Of a stretch of DNA of 64,000 nt, positions 29,767 through 39,281 are shown one piece after another; positions within the stretch are counted from its first letter, which is position 1, and each line of letters starts with the position of its first letter. The stretch comes from Candidatus Omnitrophota bacterium. GTDB lineage: Bacteria; Omnitrophota; Gorgyraeia; Zapsychrales; Fredricksoniimonadaceae. The notes below the pieces were generated by a model. It was given only the letters and a program-made list of their open reading frames with translations. It ran no database searches and was not told the origin of the DNA. Both the position numbers and the translations under genes were made by a program. Where the stretch lies: NCBI GenBank assembly GCA_903860135.1, contig CAIOPG010000004.1, positions 21,558 through 85,557 of the forward strand, read 5' to 3'.

Positions 29767-31104
29767 CTATTCTTGATGCACTGTATCCAGATTGTCAAAC
29801 CGCACAAACTGTTTCGAAAATCTCAACTTGATGGTATCTGTTGGCCCATTGCGCTGCTTGGCAATGATGATATCCGCCAGGCCAATATTCTCCGGCTTGG
29901 CGTCATAATAATCTTCCCGCACCAGAAGCACCACAACGTCGGCATCCTGCTCGATAGCACCAGACTCTCTCAGATCCGACAACTGCGGTCTGTGATCCGC
30001 CCGGCTTTCCACGGCGCGCGATAACTGGCTGATAGCGATCACCGGAACACTCAACTCACGCGCCAGTGCCTTGAGCGAGCGCGAAATTTCAGAAATCTCC
30101 TGCTGACGGCTCTCGGCCCGGACAGAAGAACGCATGAGCTGAAGATAATCAACTACGACAAGTCCGATGTTGCTCGACGCCTTGAGCCGCCGCGCCTTGG
30201 CACGCAATTCCAGCGGAGAAATAGCCGGTGTGTCGTCGATAAAGAACGGGATGTTGGACAAACGGGCCGCCGCACGGGTCAGTAAGGGCCAATCCGAAGA
30301 CGCCAGCATTCCGGTACGCACCTTTGAAGCATCCACGCGCGCCTGCGAACACAACATGCGCATGACAACCTGTTCCTTGGACATTTCCAGGCTAAAGAAC
30401 GCAACACCAACGCCTTTGTCAATAGAGGCATGCTCGGCGATGGTCGCCGCAAAAGCGCTCTTGCCCATGGAAGGACGCGCCGCCACTATGATCAAGTCCG
30501 AGCGCTGCAAGCCCGAAGTCAGTTTGTCAAACGCATAAAAGCCCGTCGCCACCCCGGTCACCGTTTCCTTGCGGTGATACAGGGAATCAATGACCTTGAT
30601 CGTTTCCTTAACGATATCCTTGACCGCAAAAGACTGCTGTTTCTGGCGGGCATGGGCGATCTCGAAGATGATACGCTCCGCATCATCCACAAGGACGCTC
30701 GCCTCGGTGCCCTCCTCGTAACTACGCGCCACGATCTCGGTCGAACTCTTGATGAGCTTGCGCTTAATGCCCTTTTCCTTGACGATCTCGACATGGAACA
30801 TGACATTGGCCGCCGTCGGGATAGAATCAGCCAATTCAGCCAGATACCCCGCCCCGCCCACCGACTCAAGCACACCGTCGCTTTTCAAGCGATCACTGAG
30901 TGTAATGATGTCAACATTTTTGCGGTCCGCGTAAAGCTTGACCATCCCGTCAAATATCTTCTGGTGCGAGGCATCATAAAAAAAAGAGCTATCGAGGCTT
31001 TCAATCACAGCCCCGATAGCATCTTCATCCAAAAGCATCGCCCCCAAAACAGCACGCTCCGCCGCCTGGCTCTGGGGAGGGATCCTTATTTCTTCGTGAC
31101 CCAT
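29767..31104 (-). CDS. dnaB: Replicative DNA helicase
   Basis: PPQS..AE.AVLG, AARPSMGKS, VDYLQL, SDLRESGAIEQDAD, KQRNGP; no intein. Confidence 0.98.
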   Translation of the reverse strand: MGHEEIRIPPQSQAAERAVLGAMLLDEDAIGAVIESLDSSFFYDASHQKIFDGMVKLYADRKNVDIITLSDRLKSDGVLESVGGAGYLAELADSIPTAANVMFHVEIVKEKGIKRKLIKSSTEIVARSYEEGTEASVLVDDAERIIFEIAHARQKQQSFAVKDIVKETIKVIDSLYHRKETVTGVATGFYAFDKLTSGLQRSDLIIVAARPSMGKSAFAATIAEHASIDKGVGVAFFSLEMSKEQVVMRMLCSQARVDASKVRTGMLASSDWPLLTRAAARLSNIPFFIDDTPAISPLELRAKARRLKASSNIGLVVVDYLQLMRSSVRAESRQQEISEISRSLKALARELSVPVIAISQLSRAVESRADHRPQLSDLRESGAIEQDADVVVLLVREDYYDAKPENIGLADIIIAKQRNGPTDTIKLRFSKQFVRFDNLDTVHQE

Positions 31105-31529
31105 AACCGGAACTTGGCGGTTACATCCGGATGCAGTTTCACGCCAATTTCGAATATGCCCAACTCTTCAACAGGCTTTTCGATCACAAGGTCGTGACGT
31201 TCAACTTTAAAACCTTCCGACTCAAGGGATCGGAGAATATCTGCCTCTGACACCGCGCCGTACAGTTTTTCATGGTCATTAACTTCAACTGTGATCGTGC
31301 ACGAAACCTTGGCGATCTTGGCCGCCACAACTTCGGCCTCCTTGCGCTTGGCCTCATACGCCACAGCCTGCTTCGCCTTCAACTTGGCGATATTCTTCAA
31401 ATTTTCTTTGGTCGCAGCAACAGCTGTTTGACGCGGCATCAAATAATTACGCGCAAAACCATCCTTGACCTTGACCACCTCGCCAGCCTTACCCAGGCTG
31501 GTAACATCCTGACAAAGAATGACTTCCAT
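31086..31529 (-). CDS. rplI: 50S ribosomal protein L9
   Basis: MEVIL..DV..LG..G.VVKVKDGFARNYL. Confidence 0.97.
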   Translation of the reverse strand: MEVILCQDVTSLGKAGEVVKVKDGFARNYLMPRQTAVAATKENLKNIAKLKAKQAVAYEAKRKEAEVVAAKIAKVSCTITVEVNDHEKLYGAVSEADILRSLESEGFKVERHDLVIEKPVEELGIFEIGVKLHPDVTAKFRLWVTKK

Positions 31530-31532
31530 CGT

Positions 31533-31802
31533 TTACTTCCTTTTTGCAGAACCAACCGGCAACAAACCCAAGAACCTGCCTCGTTTGATCGCTTCACAAA
31601 GCAAGCGCTGATTCTTCGCGCTTACTCCCGTAAAACGACGGGACAGGATCTTCCCGCGCTCGCTCAAAAGCTTCCGGAGCGTTGCGATATCCTTGTAATC
31701 AATGACCGCCGGCAGTTCAACCAGGAACCTAGGGGTTCGTGTGACCCTGCGGGGCTTTTTGCTCTTGCTCTTTGTTGTTGTTTTGTTAAATGACTTTTCC
31801 AA
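31533..31802 (-). CDS. rpsR: 30S ribosomal protein S18
   Basis: IDYKD, SERGKIL.RR.TG; TTG start after AAGGAGG. Confidence 0.96.
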   Translation of the reverse strand: MEKSFNKTTTKSKSKKPRRVTRTPRFLVELPAVIDYKDIATLRKLLSERGKILSRRFTGVSAKNQRLLCEAIKRGRFLGLLPVGSAKRK

Positions 31803-31843
31803 TTTATCCTCCTTTATATAATCTGCTCCTGGACCATGGAGCT

Positions 31844-32278
31844 TTATTCTTCCAGTGCCATATCATCCGGACGAACAACATCCTGTGAATGATCGCCTGC
31901 CGTCCCTTCAGTGTTCCCGCCGCTATCGGCCCCTTTGCCCGCGCTGGCCGTACCGCCCATAAACTGGATACGTTCCGCGCGCACATCGATCGTGCTTCGC
32001 TTCTGGCCGTCAGGCGTCTCCCATGAACGGGACTGGAGAATGCCTTCAACAAAAACCGGATGGCCTTTTTGCAAATATTCATTACATGCTTCAGCCTGTT
32101 TGTCCCAAACCGTGATCGTTACAAAACAGGTGTCTTCCTTCAGCTCGCCCGTACGATCCTTGAACTTGCGGTTTACCGCCATACGCAAATTGGCTACTGC
32201 TGTGCCACCGGGTGTGTAACGCAATTCCGGATCTTTGGTCAGATTGCCAATCAACAAAACCTTGTTCAAGCTGGGCAT
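31844..32278 (-). CDS. ssb: Single-stranded DNA-binding protein
   Basis: [31 protein letters not shown]. Confidence 0.97.
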   Translation of the reverse strand: MPSLNKVLLIGNLTKDPELRYTPGGTAVANLRMAVNRKFKDRTGELKEDTCFVTITVWDKQAEACNEYLQKGHPVFVEGILQSRSWETPDGQKRSTIDVRAERIQFMGGTASAGKGADSGGNTEGTAGDHSQDVVRPDDMALEE

Positions 32279-32314
32279 CGTTCTTACCTCCGTCGTGCAT
32301 CAACGCAAAACAGA

Positions 32315-32617
32315 TCAGACCGCCTTGACCGGCTCCGCCTTGATGATCAGGAAACGCAAGATACGCTCGCTGATCTGCAACTCACGGCGCAACTTCGCCA
32401 TCTCCAGCGGCTTTCCATCGACATTCAACAAATAATAGGTTCCTTCAACAGCTTTCCCAATCGGGAATGACATCTTCTGCCGTTCGAACCAGATCGCTGA
32501 ATTGACAACTTTTCCGCCATGCTTGGCAATGATATCTGCCATGAATTTGACAGTATCGCCTTTTTCCGCGTCCGTCAGGCGCGCGTCCACAATGTAAATC
32601 AGTTCGTACTTATTCAT
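32315..32617 (-). CDS. rpsF: 30S ribosomal protein S6
   Basis: MNKYELIYI, ILRFLII; rpsF-ssb-rpsR order. Confidence 0.95.
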   Translation of the reverse strand: MNKYELIYIVDARLTDAEKGDTVKFMADIIAKHGGKVVNSAIWFERQKMSFPIGKAVEGTYYLLNVDGKPLEMAKLRRELQISERILRFLIIKAEPVKAV

Positions 32618-33209
32618 TACCCTTCCTTTTGTTGTGCCGTGTCATCGCCGTGGCCATTTCCCCACCTAACCACAGGCGACAGCAATCCGCTGCGCTTTCA
32701 AAAACTTCGTCGAGCTCTTTCATTTCCACCGCGCTGAAACGTCCGAGCACAAAATCTGTTTGTGCCCCCAGCCATGACAGCGGAGGTGACCCTATCCCGA
32801 GTTTGAGCCGCGCGTAAGCATCTGAAGCCAGATGCGCGGTGATAGACTTCAAGCCGTTATGTCCGCCATCCGAACCGCCGAGCCGCAACTTCAATCTCCC
32901 GAAATCAATCCTTAAATCATCACAAAGAACAAGAATGTTTTCGAGGGCTATATTTTCAACGCGGACAATATCCCTGACCGCAAGCCCCGAATTGTTCATG
33001 AACGTCTGGGGCAATGCCAAGACAAGCGTTGCTTCACCATCCTGGACCTCAGCCGTAAAGGCTGACGCATGCCTGTGTTTTCTAAACGCAACACCATACC
33101 CTTCGGCCAAGTGCTGAACAGCCATAAAACCAAAATTATGCCGCGTTTTTTCATATTCACGCCCTGGGTTCCCAAGGCCGACGATGAGTTTTGTAGTGCC
33201 CAAAACCAC
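32610..33209 (-). CDS. pth: Peptidyl-tRNA hydrolase
   Basis: LIVGLGNPG..YEKTRHN, PQTFMNNSG, GGHNGLKS. Confidence 0.97.
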   Translation of the reverse strand: MVLGTTKLIVGLGNPGREYEKTRHNFGFMAVQHLAEGYGVAFRKHRHASAFTAEVQDGEATLVLALPQTFMNNSGLAVRDIVRVENIALENILVLCDDLRIDFGRLKLRLGGSDGGHNGLKSITAHLASDAYARLKLGIGSPPLSWLGAQTDFVLGRFSAVEMKELDEVFESAADCCRLWLGGEMATAMTRHNKRKGNE

Positions 33210-33257
33210 CCCCGTCTTACGCGTTCAAAGAGCATTAACCTGTGCCGCAAGCAACAA

Positions 33258-34010
33258 TTACTTCTTCGCCTCAGGCTTGGCCGCCGGCGCCGCCTTGGCT
33301 CCCGCTGCCGCCTTAGCTCCTGCTGCCGCCTTAGCTCCTGCTGCCGGAGCAGCACCCGCTGCGGCATCCTTCGGCTTTTCCTTGGTCACTTCAACATCAG
33401 GCTTGGCCGTGCCATCAGCCGCAACCGCCTCGACTTCACGATCCGCGAACACAAGACCCGCCACCGCCGCACCTGGATCCAGCTTGGTGCGAACGCCTGC
33501 CGGAAGTGCGAGGTCGCGCACATGAATGGACACATGGGTATCCACATTGGAAACATCCACATCAATATGGCTCGGGATATTTTTTGGTAAACAAATGATC
33601 TCAATCTCGCGGATCATATGCTCGAGCGTCGAACCTTCCTTCTTGAGACCCAAGGCCGTGCCCTTGAGGACGATCGGAACCTTGATCGCGATCTCTTTAT
33701 CCATGGAAATGTGCATGAAATCCAGATGCTGCACAACATCGGTAACAGGATTATACTGGGTCTCTTTTAAAAGAGCCATGTATTCCTTCTGGAGCTTCCC
33801 GCCAGCCATCACCTGCAGATGATAAATCGCACTGGTAGTTTCATGATGCCGTAAAATACGGTCAAAATCATTGCGTGACAACTGGACGACCTGAGACTTG
33901 TCGCCTTCACCATAAATAACAGCAGGAATAATGCCCTGCTTGCGCATACGGCAGGCCGGTCCACTGCCTTTGAGAGTTCTTGCTTCAACGGTCAATTCAA
34001 TCTGTTCCAT
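33258..34010 (-). CDS. rplY: 50S ribosomal protein L25 (Ctc long form)
   Basis: G.IPAVIYG, HLDF, CLP..IP..IDVDVS; Ala/Lys-rich tail. Confidence 0.95.
   Translation of the reverse strand: MEQIELTVEARTLKGSGPACRMRKQGIIPAVIYGEGDKSQVVQLSRNDFDRILRHHETTSAIYHLQVMAGGKLQKEYMALLKETQYNPVTDVVQHLDFMHISMDKEIAIKVPIVLKGTALGLKKEGSTLEHMIREIEIICLPKNIPSHIDVDVSNVDTHVSIHVRDLALPAGVRTKLDPGAAVAGLVFADREVEAVAADGTAKPDVEVTKEKPKDAAAGAAPAAGAKAAAGAKAAAGAKAAPAAKPEAKK
33289..33342. repeat. 3 x 18-bp tandem repeat in the rplY tail
   Basis: GCCGCCTT(G/A)GCTCC(C/T)GCT three times, encoding AGAKAA. Confidence 0.9.
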
Positions 34011-34031
34011 AGCACTAAACCACCTTTTCTA

Positions 34032-34979
34032 CTAACGATTAACGTCGAACAGGCAACTGATGGACTGTTCATTATGAATACGGCTGATCGCCTCGGCCAA
34101 AAGGGACGCGACGGTCAACTGCTTGATCTTCGGGATACGCTTTTCATTTGTCAGCGGGATACTGTCGGTGATCACAAGCTCCTCGAGCGCCTCACAACCC
34201 ACAAGCCGCTCGACAGCTGAGCCAGAAAGCACCCCGTGTGTCACCGCCGCATAGACCTTCTTTACGCCGGCATTCTTAAGGGCCTTGACGGCTTCGATCA
34301 ACGAACCGCCCGTAGCCACAAGGTCATCGACCAGCACCGCCGTCTTGCCCTTGACATTACCTAGGATGTTCATGACCTCGGTCTCCTCCGGCGACATGCG
34401 GCGCTTGTCAATGATGGCAAGACCAGCACTCAAGCGCTTGGCATATGCCCGCGCCATCCTGATGCCGCCGACATCTGGAGAAACAACAACAATGTCCTTC
34501 ATGTTCATCTGCTCAAAATACTCGCAGATCGTATTGATCGCGTAAAGGTGATCGACCGGTATATCAAAGAAGCCCTGGATCTGACTGGCATGCAAGTCCA
34601 TGCACAGCACGCGGTCAACCCCCGCCGCGGTGATCAGGTTAGCCACTAGCTTCGCCGTAATGGGCACGCGCGGCTGGTCCTTGCGGTCTTGCCGGGCATA
34701 ACCGTAGAACGGAATGACCGCCGTGATGCGCTTGGCCGAAGCACGCCTGGCCGCGTCGATCAGGATCAACAGTTCCATTAAATTATCATTCGTGGGCGGG
34801 CAGGTCGGCTGAACAATAAAGACGTCCTTGCCACGCACATTGGAAACGATCTGAACGCGGATCTCGCCTTCGCTAAAGCGGCCACAAAGAACTTCGGTCA
34901 AAGGAATATCAAGGGACGCGCAGATCTTCTCCGCAAGTTCCTTGTGCGCATTGCCTGAAATAATACTGATCTCACTCAT
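34032..34979 (-). CDS. prs: Ribose-phosphate pyrophosphokinase
   Basis: FSEGE, YGYARQDRK, DLHASQIQGFF, VSPDVGG, DDLVATGGS. Confidence 0.98.
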   Translation of the reverse strand: MSEISIISGNAHKELAEKICASLDIPLTEVLCGRFSEGEIRVQIVSNVRGKDVFIVQPTCPPTNDNLMELLILIDAARRASAKRITAVIPFYGYARQDRKDQPRVPITAKLVANLITAAGVDRVLCMDLHASQIQGFFDIPVDHLYAINTICEYFEQMNMKDIVVVSPDVGGIRMARAYAKRLSAGLAIIDKRRMSPEETEVMNILGNVKGKTAVLVDDLVATGGSLIEAVKALKNAGVKKVYAAVTHGVLSGSAVERLVGCEALEELVITDSIPLTNEKRIPKIKQLTVASLLAEAISRIHNEQSISCLFDVNR

Positions 34980-36237
34980 GAGCCTGTACCTTTTTTATTG
35001 CCCTCGCCGGGATACCGACCCCGACCATGCCTGCCGGGATTTTCCGCGAAGGCGTCACCACACATCCGGCACCAGCCACCGCGCCGTCCCCTACCTCGGT
35101 AGGAGCGACCAGGACCGCATCACAACCAATGAAAGCCTTGCGCCCGATGCGTGTTTTGTTTTTATTCTTTCCGTCATAATTCGCTGTTACGGCACCAGCA
35201 CCGATGTTGGCACCTTCGCCGACAACCGCATCACCGAGAAAACTGAAATGCTTCATCATCACGCCAGCACCAAGCACCGACCGCGAAACCTCGGCAAAAT
35301 TACCGATCGCCACATGATCCCCGAGCTTCGTACCCGGCCTCAGCCGCGCGAACGGCCCGATGGAACAATGCTGTCCGATCCGAACCCCAGCATGAATATA
35401 CGTACAGGGATAAATGACCGTGTCCTGCCCGATAACCGCGCCGTCTTCTATATAAGTCGTAGCGGGATCAACCAGCGTAACCCCGTTCTCCATCCAATAT
35501 GTCAAAATCTTTTCCCGCACAATCTTTTCGGCCAGCGACAGTTCCACGCGCGTGTTAAGGCCAAGATTGGCGGTCCATTCATCAGAAACAAAAGCACCGG
35601 CCTTGCCGCCCTGTCCCGCCACAAGTTCAATGATATCGGTCAGGTAGAATTCTTTTTTCTTCGGATTAGCCTTGATCTTGCCGATCAAGCTAAAAAGCGC
35701 CACCGCCGAAAAACAGTAAACTCCGGTGTTGATCTCGCGTAAGGCCGCTTCTTCAGGCGAACAATCTTTCTGCTCACGGATAGCCAGCAGCGCGCCTTTG
35801 GCATTACGGATGATCCGTCCATAACCCGCCGCATCTGCCAAGACCGTGGTCAGCACTGTCGCCAGATGACCGTTCTTGCGGTGTGACTGAACAAGCTTGC
35901 GGATAACCGCCTTATCCAGCAAAGGCGTATCGCCGCACATCACCAGAACTTCGCCGCCGACACCTTTGAAATGATCGGCACAGCAACGCACCGCATCCGC
36001 CGTCCCCAGCAATGACGGCTGGATCACAACTTCCGCACGCCCCGCCACAGATTCCCTGACGCGATCAGCCTTGTGCCCTACCACCACATACGTTCTCAAA
36101 GAACCAACCGCTTGCGCCACATCCAGCACATAATGCAGAACCGGCTTACCAGCCAAGTGATGCAACACCTTGGGTGTTTCAGATTTAAACCGCGAGCCTT
36201 TGCCAGCCGCGAGAATGATCGTGCGTAATTCTTTCAT
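34972..36237 (-). CDS. glmU: Bifunctional GlmU (shortened beta-helix)
   Basis: ILAAGKGSRFKS..PKVLH, GYGRIIR, EINTG, EFYLTD, IGPFARLRP, NYDG. Confidence 0.93.
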   Translation of the reverse strand: MKELRTIILAAGKGSRFKSETPKVLHHLAGKPVLHYVLDVAQAVGSLRTYVVVGHKADRVRESVAGRAEVVIQPSLLGTADAVRCCADHFKGVGGEVLVMCGDTPLLDKAVIRKLVQSHRKNGHLATVLTTVLADAAGYGRIIRNAKGALLAIREQKDCSPEEAALREINTGVYCFSAVALFSLIGKIKANPKKKEFYLTDIIELVAGQGGKAGAFVSDEWTANLGLNTRVELSLAEKIVREKILTYWMENGVTLVDPATTYIEDGAVIGQDTVIYPCTYIHAGVRIGQHCSIGPFARLRPGTKLGDHVAIGNFAEVSRSVLGAGVMMKHFSFLGDAVVGEGANIGAGAVTANYDGKNKNKTRIGRKAFIGCDAVLVAPTEVGDGAVAGAGCVVTPSRKIPAGMVGVGIPARAIKKVQAHE

Positions 36238-36328
36238 AAGCTCCCGATACTATTCTCCGTCGAAAAACAACAAGGACGCCAGGCACAAACAACCGCCTCG
36301 CGGGAAAGCTTTTCCGCACAGAGCCGGT

Positions 36329-36357
36329 AGTATAGCCCACACCCTATTTTTCGTCAA
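36329..36357 (-). promoter_or_regulatory. Sigma70 promoter of the glmU-prs-rplY operon
   Basis: TTGACG-17 bp-TATACT. Confidence 0.7.
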
Positions 36358-36367
36358 GGTGAAAATA

Positions 36368-36610
36368 TCAGGAGGCGACCAGTGCTAATTTTCTGAGCCT
36401 AGGCCATCGCTTGATCTCGGCCTCGCGCACCAGCGCCGCGCTTTTATCTAAGCAGGCCTCGGAATAAAGTAATTGCACAACCCCGAAAGCCCGTGTGAAC
36501 TTCCCGCCTTTGCCGGAACGATGTTCCTCCAGGCGCCGCGCCACATCCGTAGTCGCGCCTGTATAAAGCCGGCCGCCAGAACATTTAAGGATATAAACAT
36601 GCCAGGTCAT
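36368..36610 (-). CDS. Small GIY-YIG nuclease (UPF0213)
   Basis: WHVYILKC...LYTG.TTDV.RRL.EH..GKG.KFTR, A..RE..IK. Confidence 0.92.
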   Translation of the reverse strand: MTWHVYILKCSGGRLYTGATTDVARRLEEHRSGKGGKFTRAFGVVQLLYSEACLDKSAALVREAEIKRWPRLRKLALVAS

Positions 36611-36662
36611 AATGGATCCTTGTGCTACGCGCACGTCGAGGAATAACGATTATGGCACAACC

Positions 36663-36926
36663 CTACGCCTCAACCAACCGTCCTGCGACATACTTGTGCA
36701 ACAGACTGCTGACAAACGTCTGATAGGGCAAGCCATCCTGCATGGCCCGTTTTTGCAAACCCTGCAGATCGTGAGATGAAATACGGATGTTCAGCCGCGC
36801 ATCCTTCTTCATCATCGCCTTGGCGGCATCCTGGTATTTACGCAATTCACCCTTGCTGGTCGTGATTCTCCATTCACCGCGCTCAACAGAATGCAGAAGA
36901 TCCTCTTCTTCTTTATTCAGTTTCAT
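36663..36926 (-). CDS. CopG/BrnA-like antitoxin
   Basis: KDARLNIRISSHDL..LQKRA..DGLPYQT..SS.LHKY (ribbon-helix-helix); overlaps the toxin stop. Confidence 0.88.
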   Translation of the reverse strand: MKLNKEEEDLLHSVERGEWRITTSKGELRKYQDAAKAMMKKDARLNIRISSHDLQGLQKRAMQDGLPYQTFVSSLLHKYVAGRLVEA

Positions 36927-37209
36927 AACCACCCTTCCTTTCCCCAAAATAATGCCGTGTCAATTTACGACTCGGAATAATAGTCTTTAAGAAGATATTA
37001 CTCTCATCTTCAACAAAAGGAACCGCATATACATACGCTTCGATACATATCACAAAAACCTGCTGATGCGGATACTTGACCCTGTTCGGATGATCAAGCC
37101 TTGCCAGCAGATCCCCGTTGTTAATATGATAAACAACATCCTCAAATGACACACCGCGACCGTGTTTCAATAACTTATTCTTTTCTTCATCCCACGCAAA
37201 TGCTTTCAT
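36913..37209 (-). CDS. BrnT-like toxin
   Basis: FAWDEEKN.LLK..RGVSFE, HPN..KYP.Q, FLKTIIPSRK. Confidence 0.88.
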   Translation of the reverse strand: MKAFAWDEEKNKLLKHGRGVSFEDVVYHINNGDLLARLDHPNRVKYPHQQVFVICIEAYVYAVPFVEDESNIFLKTIIPSRKLTRHYFGERKGGYETE

Positions 37210-37260
37210 GATTTAAGAATACCACAATGTGTGCATTACGGAAACAGGAATGTTGATTGC

Positions 37261-37301
37261 AAGAGAAACGCCCCACCCTGACAATTTGTCAAGATGAGGC
37301 G
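37261..37301 (-). terminator. Probable intrinsic terminator after tRNA-Gln
   Basis: CGCCTCATCTTGACAA/TTGTCAGGGTGGGGCG stem with G-U pairs, followed by TTTCTCTT. Confidence 0.6.
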
Positions 37302-37339
37302 ACTCGCTCATTTAAACAGGATCCAAATGAGCGTTAAAC

Positions 37340-37413
37340 TGGCTGCCCGGCTAGGGGTCGAACCTAGAAACCCAGAACCAAAATCTGGTGTGTTACCATT
37401 ACACTACCAGGCA
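37340..37413 (-). tRNA. tRNA-Gln (anticodon TTG)
   Basis: TGCCTGGTAGTGTAATGGTAACACACCAGAT-TTTGGT-TCTGGGTTTCTAGGTTCGACCCCTAGCCGGGCAGCCA; cloverleaf, T-loop GGTTCGA, encoded CCA; classic position after ispE. Confidence 0.96.
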
Positions 37414-37419
37414 ATATAT

Positions 37420-38295
37420 CTAAAATGTACGCACCGCAAAGACCTGACGGTACGTGCGGGAAAAAATGTCTTTGATGCGCAAGGCCTCAGCTTCCGAAGC
37501 CGTGACGGCAAACACCGTCGGGCCACTGCCGGAAAATGAAACACCGGCGGGGCTTTGACGAACAAGGCGTGCCTTGAGCCTCGCCAGGTGCGGCTTCAGC
37601 GCAAGGATCGGCACTTCAAGGTCATTTAAAAGCAACCTGCCGACACCGGCGAAATCCTTCTGCTTTAAAGAACGAAGCATCATGGTAACATCCGCGTCGG
37701 GCTTTGTCAAACAGGAGGCTGTTTTCCCGAAAAGGCCGTAAACATCCTTTGTCAAAACCGGTGCGCGCGGCACGACGAGAACATGCCATAAACGCGCCTG
37801 CGAGGTCAAAGGCTTGATCCTGTCACCCCGGCCGGTACCCAGCGCCAGCGGCGTGTCATACAAAAAGAATGCCACGTCACTGCCGATCTTGCGTGCATAC
37901 GTCAGGCGCCGGACGGATGAAAGCCCCAACCCCCACAACCGGTCAAGGCCCATGATCGCCGTTGCCGCATTGCTTGACCCGCCGGCAAGGCCGGCCGCCA
38001 CCGGAATCCGCTTGGTGATATGGATGCGTGCCCCGTGCGCCACATTCTCGCCCTTCAGGAGCAAAGCCGCTGCCTTATAAACCAGATTCCGCTCGTCACA
38101 GGGAACGCGCCCATCATCACAGGAAATAATGATCTCTCCGACGGGTGCCGGCGAGAAAGTAATATCATCATGCAGGTCAATGCGCTCAAACAGCGTCACA
38201 AGCTCATGAAAACCGTCCGGGCGGCGTCCCGTCACATGAAGAAAAAGATTCAGCTTGGCGTAAGATGGAAGACTGAAAGGCTTGACTGACATCAT
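37420..38295 (-). CDS. ispE: 4-diphosphocytidyl-2-C-methyl-D-erythritol kinase
   Basis: AKLNLFL.V.GRRPDGFHEL, KRIPVAAGLAGGSSNAA, IGSDV, SGSGPTVF. Confidence 0.97.
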   Translation of the reverse strand: MMSVKPFSLPSYAKLNLFLHVTGRRPDGFHELVTLFERIDLHDDITFSPAPVGEIIISCDDGRVPCDERNLVYKAAALLLKGENVAHGARIHITKRIPVAAGLAGGSSNAATAIMGLDRLWGLGLSSVRRLTYARKIGSDVAFFLYDTPLALGTGRGDRIKPLTSQARLWHVLVVPRAPVLTKDVYGLFGKTASCLTKPDADVTMMLRSLKQKDFAGVGRLLLNDLEVPILALKPHLARLKARLVRQSPAGVSFSGSGPTVFAVTASEAEALRIKDIFSRTYRQVFAVRTF

Positions 38296-39269
38296 GGCTT
38301 CCTGAGCGCTTTGATACCGTTGCGGATCTTGAGGCGCAAGCCAGTCATACCCGCATCAAGGACAAAAGCCCGCCGCCACGCATCGACCGCCCTATCCATC
38401 CTGCCCAGCCTCTGATAGGCGTCGCCGATATGGTCAAGGATCGCAGGATCCTTGTCAATCACCACCGCCTGCTGAAGGTACCTTAACGCCAGGTTCCATT
38501 GCCCCCGCTTAAAAAATATCCACCCCAGACTGTCGCGGTAGGCGGCATTCTTCGGCTCAACCACCAGCGCCCGTTTGATCAAATTTCCGGCCGCTTCAAG
38601 TTCAGCGCCATCCTCAGCGTAACTGTAACCCAGCGCATTAAGGCAATCAGCGTCACAGGGATCAACGCCGACACAACGTTTCAAAAGATCCCTGCCCTCA
38701 TCGCGACGGCCATGATCAAGATAATATGACCCCACCTGAAGCAGGGCCGCCGTGCTTAGGGGTTCTGCGGCTAAAAGGTTCTCGAACTGTTCCACTGCCG
38801 CGCGTTCTTTACCCTGGGCATAATAAATGCGGGCCAGCATCATACGGATATCTGCGCTCCCAGGATCAACCGAGGAAAGTGCCTTGAGGATTGTCTCAAA
38901 TTGCGCCGAAGCCTTCGCGTATTCACGCAAAGAACTATGCGCAAGCGCAAGGAGATAACGTGACTGAAGATCATCCGGCCGAAGACCAATGGCCTGAGTG
39001 AAAGCCTGAACCGCCTGACGGTTTTCTCCCAGATCGGAAGCCACAATACCCAAGCGCATCTGCGCCGCGAACGCCGACGGATACTGCTGGACAGACTTCA
39101 AATAAGCGTGAAAAGCAAGGCGCGGTTTTTCCTGGAACTCAAAGGAAACACCCATAATGTAATGGGCAATACCCTGCGCAGCTCCGGCGCGCGCGACACC
39201 GGCCGGAGCTGAGACAAATACACAGACAGCGCCAAAGAACGCGCAATAGCGCAAGCTACGGCATAACAT
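38292..39269 (-). CDS. Exported tetratricopeptide-repeat protein
   Basis: Signal-like N-terminus, TPR repeats, LNALGYSYA and YRDSLGW motifs typical of the TPR gene found upstream of ispE. Confidence 0.85.
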   Translation of the reverse strand: MLCRSLRYCAFFGAVCVFVSAPAGVARAGAAQGIAHYIMGVSFEFQEKPRLAFHAYLKSVQQYPSAFAAQMRLGIVASDLGENRQAVQAFTQAIGLRPDDLQSRYLLALAHSSLREYAKASAQFETILKALSSVDPGSADIRMMLARIYYAQGKERAAVEQFENLLAAEPLSTAALLQVGSYYLDHGRRDEGRDLLKRCVGVDPCDADCLNALGYSYAEDGAELEAAGNLIKRALVVEPKNAAYRDSLGWIFFKRGQWNLALRYLQQAVVIDKDPAILDHIGDAYQRLGRMDRAVDAWRRAFVLDAGMTGLRLKIRNGIKALRKP

Positions 39270-39281
39270 AGCCGGCGAAAA

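Noticed and set aside
36358-37413. Prophage or ICE integrated at tRNA-Gln
   Set aside because: No integrase and no duplicated tRNA 3' end seen; the islet is about 1 kb.
37294-37539. 81-aa plus-strand ORF
   Set aside because: It is the antisense of tRNA-Gln and the ispE 3' end.
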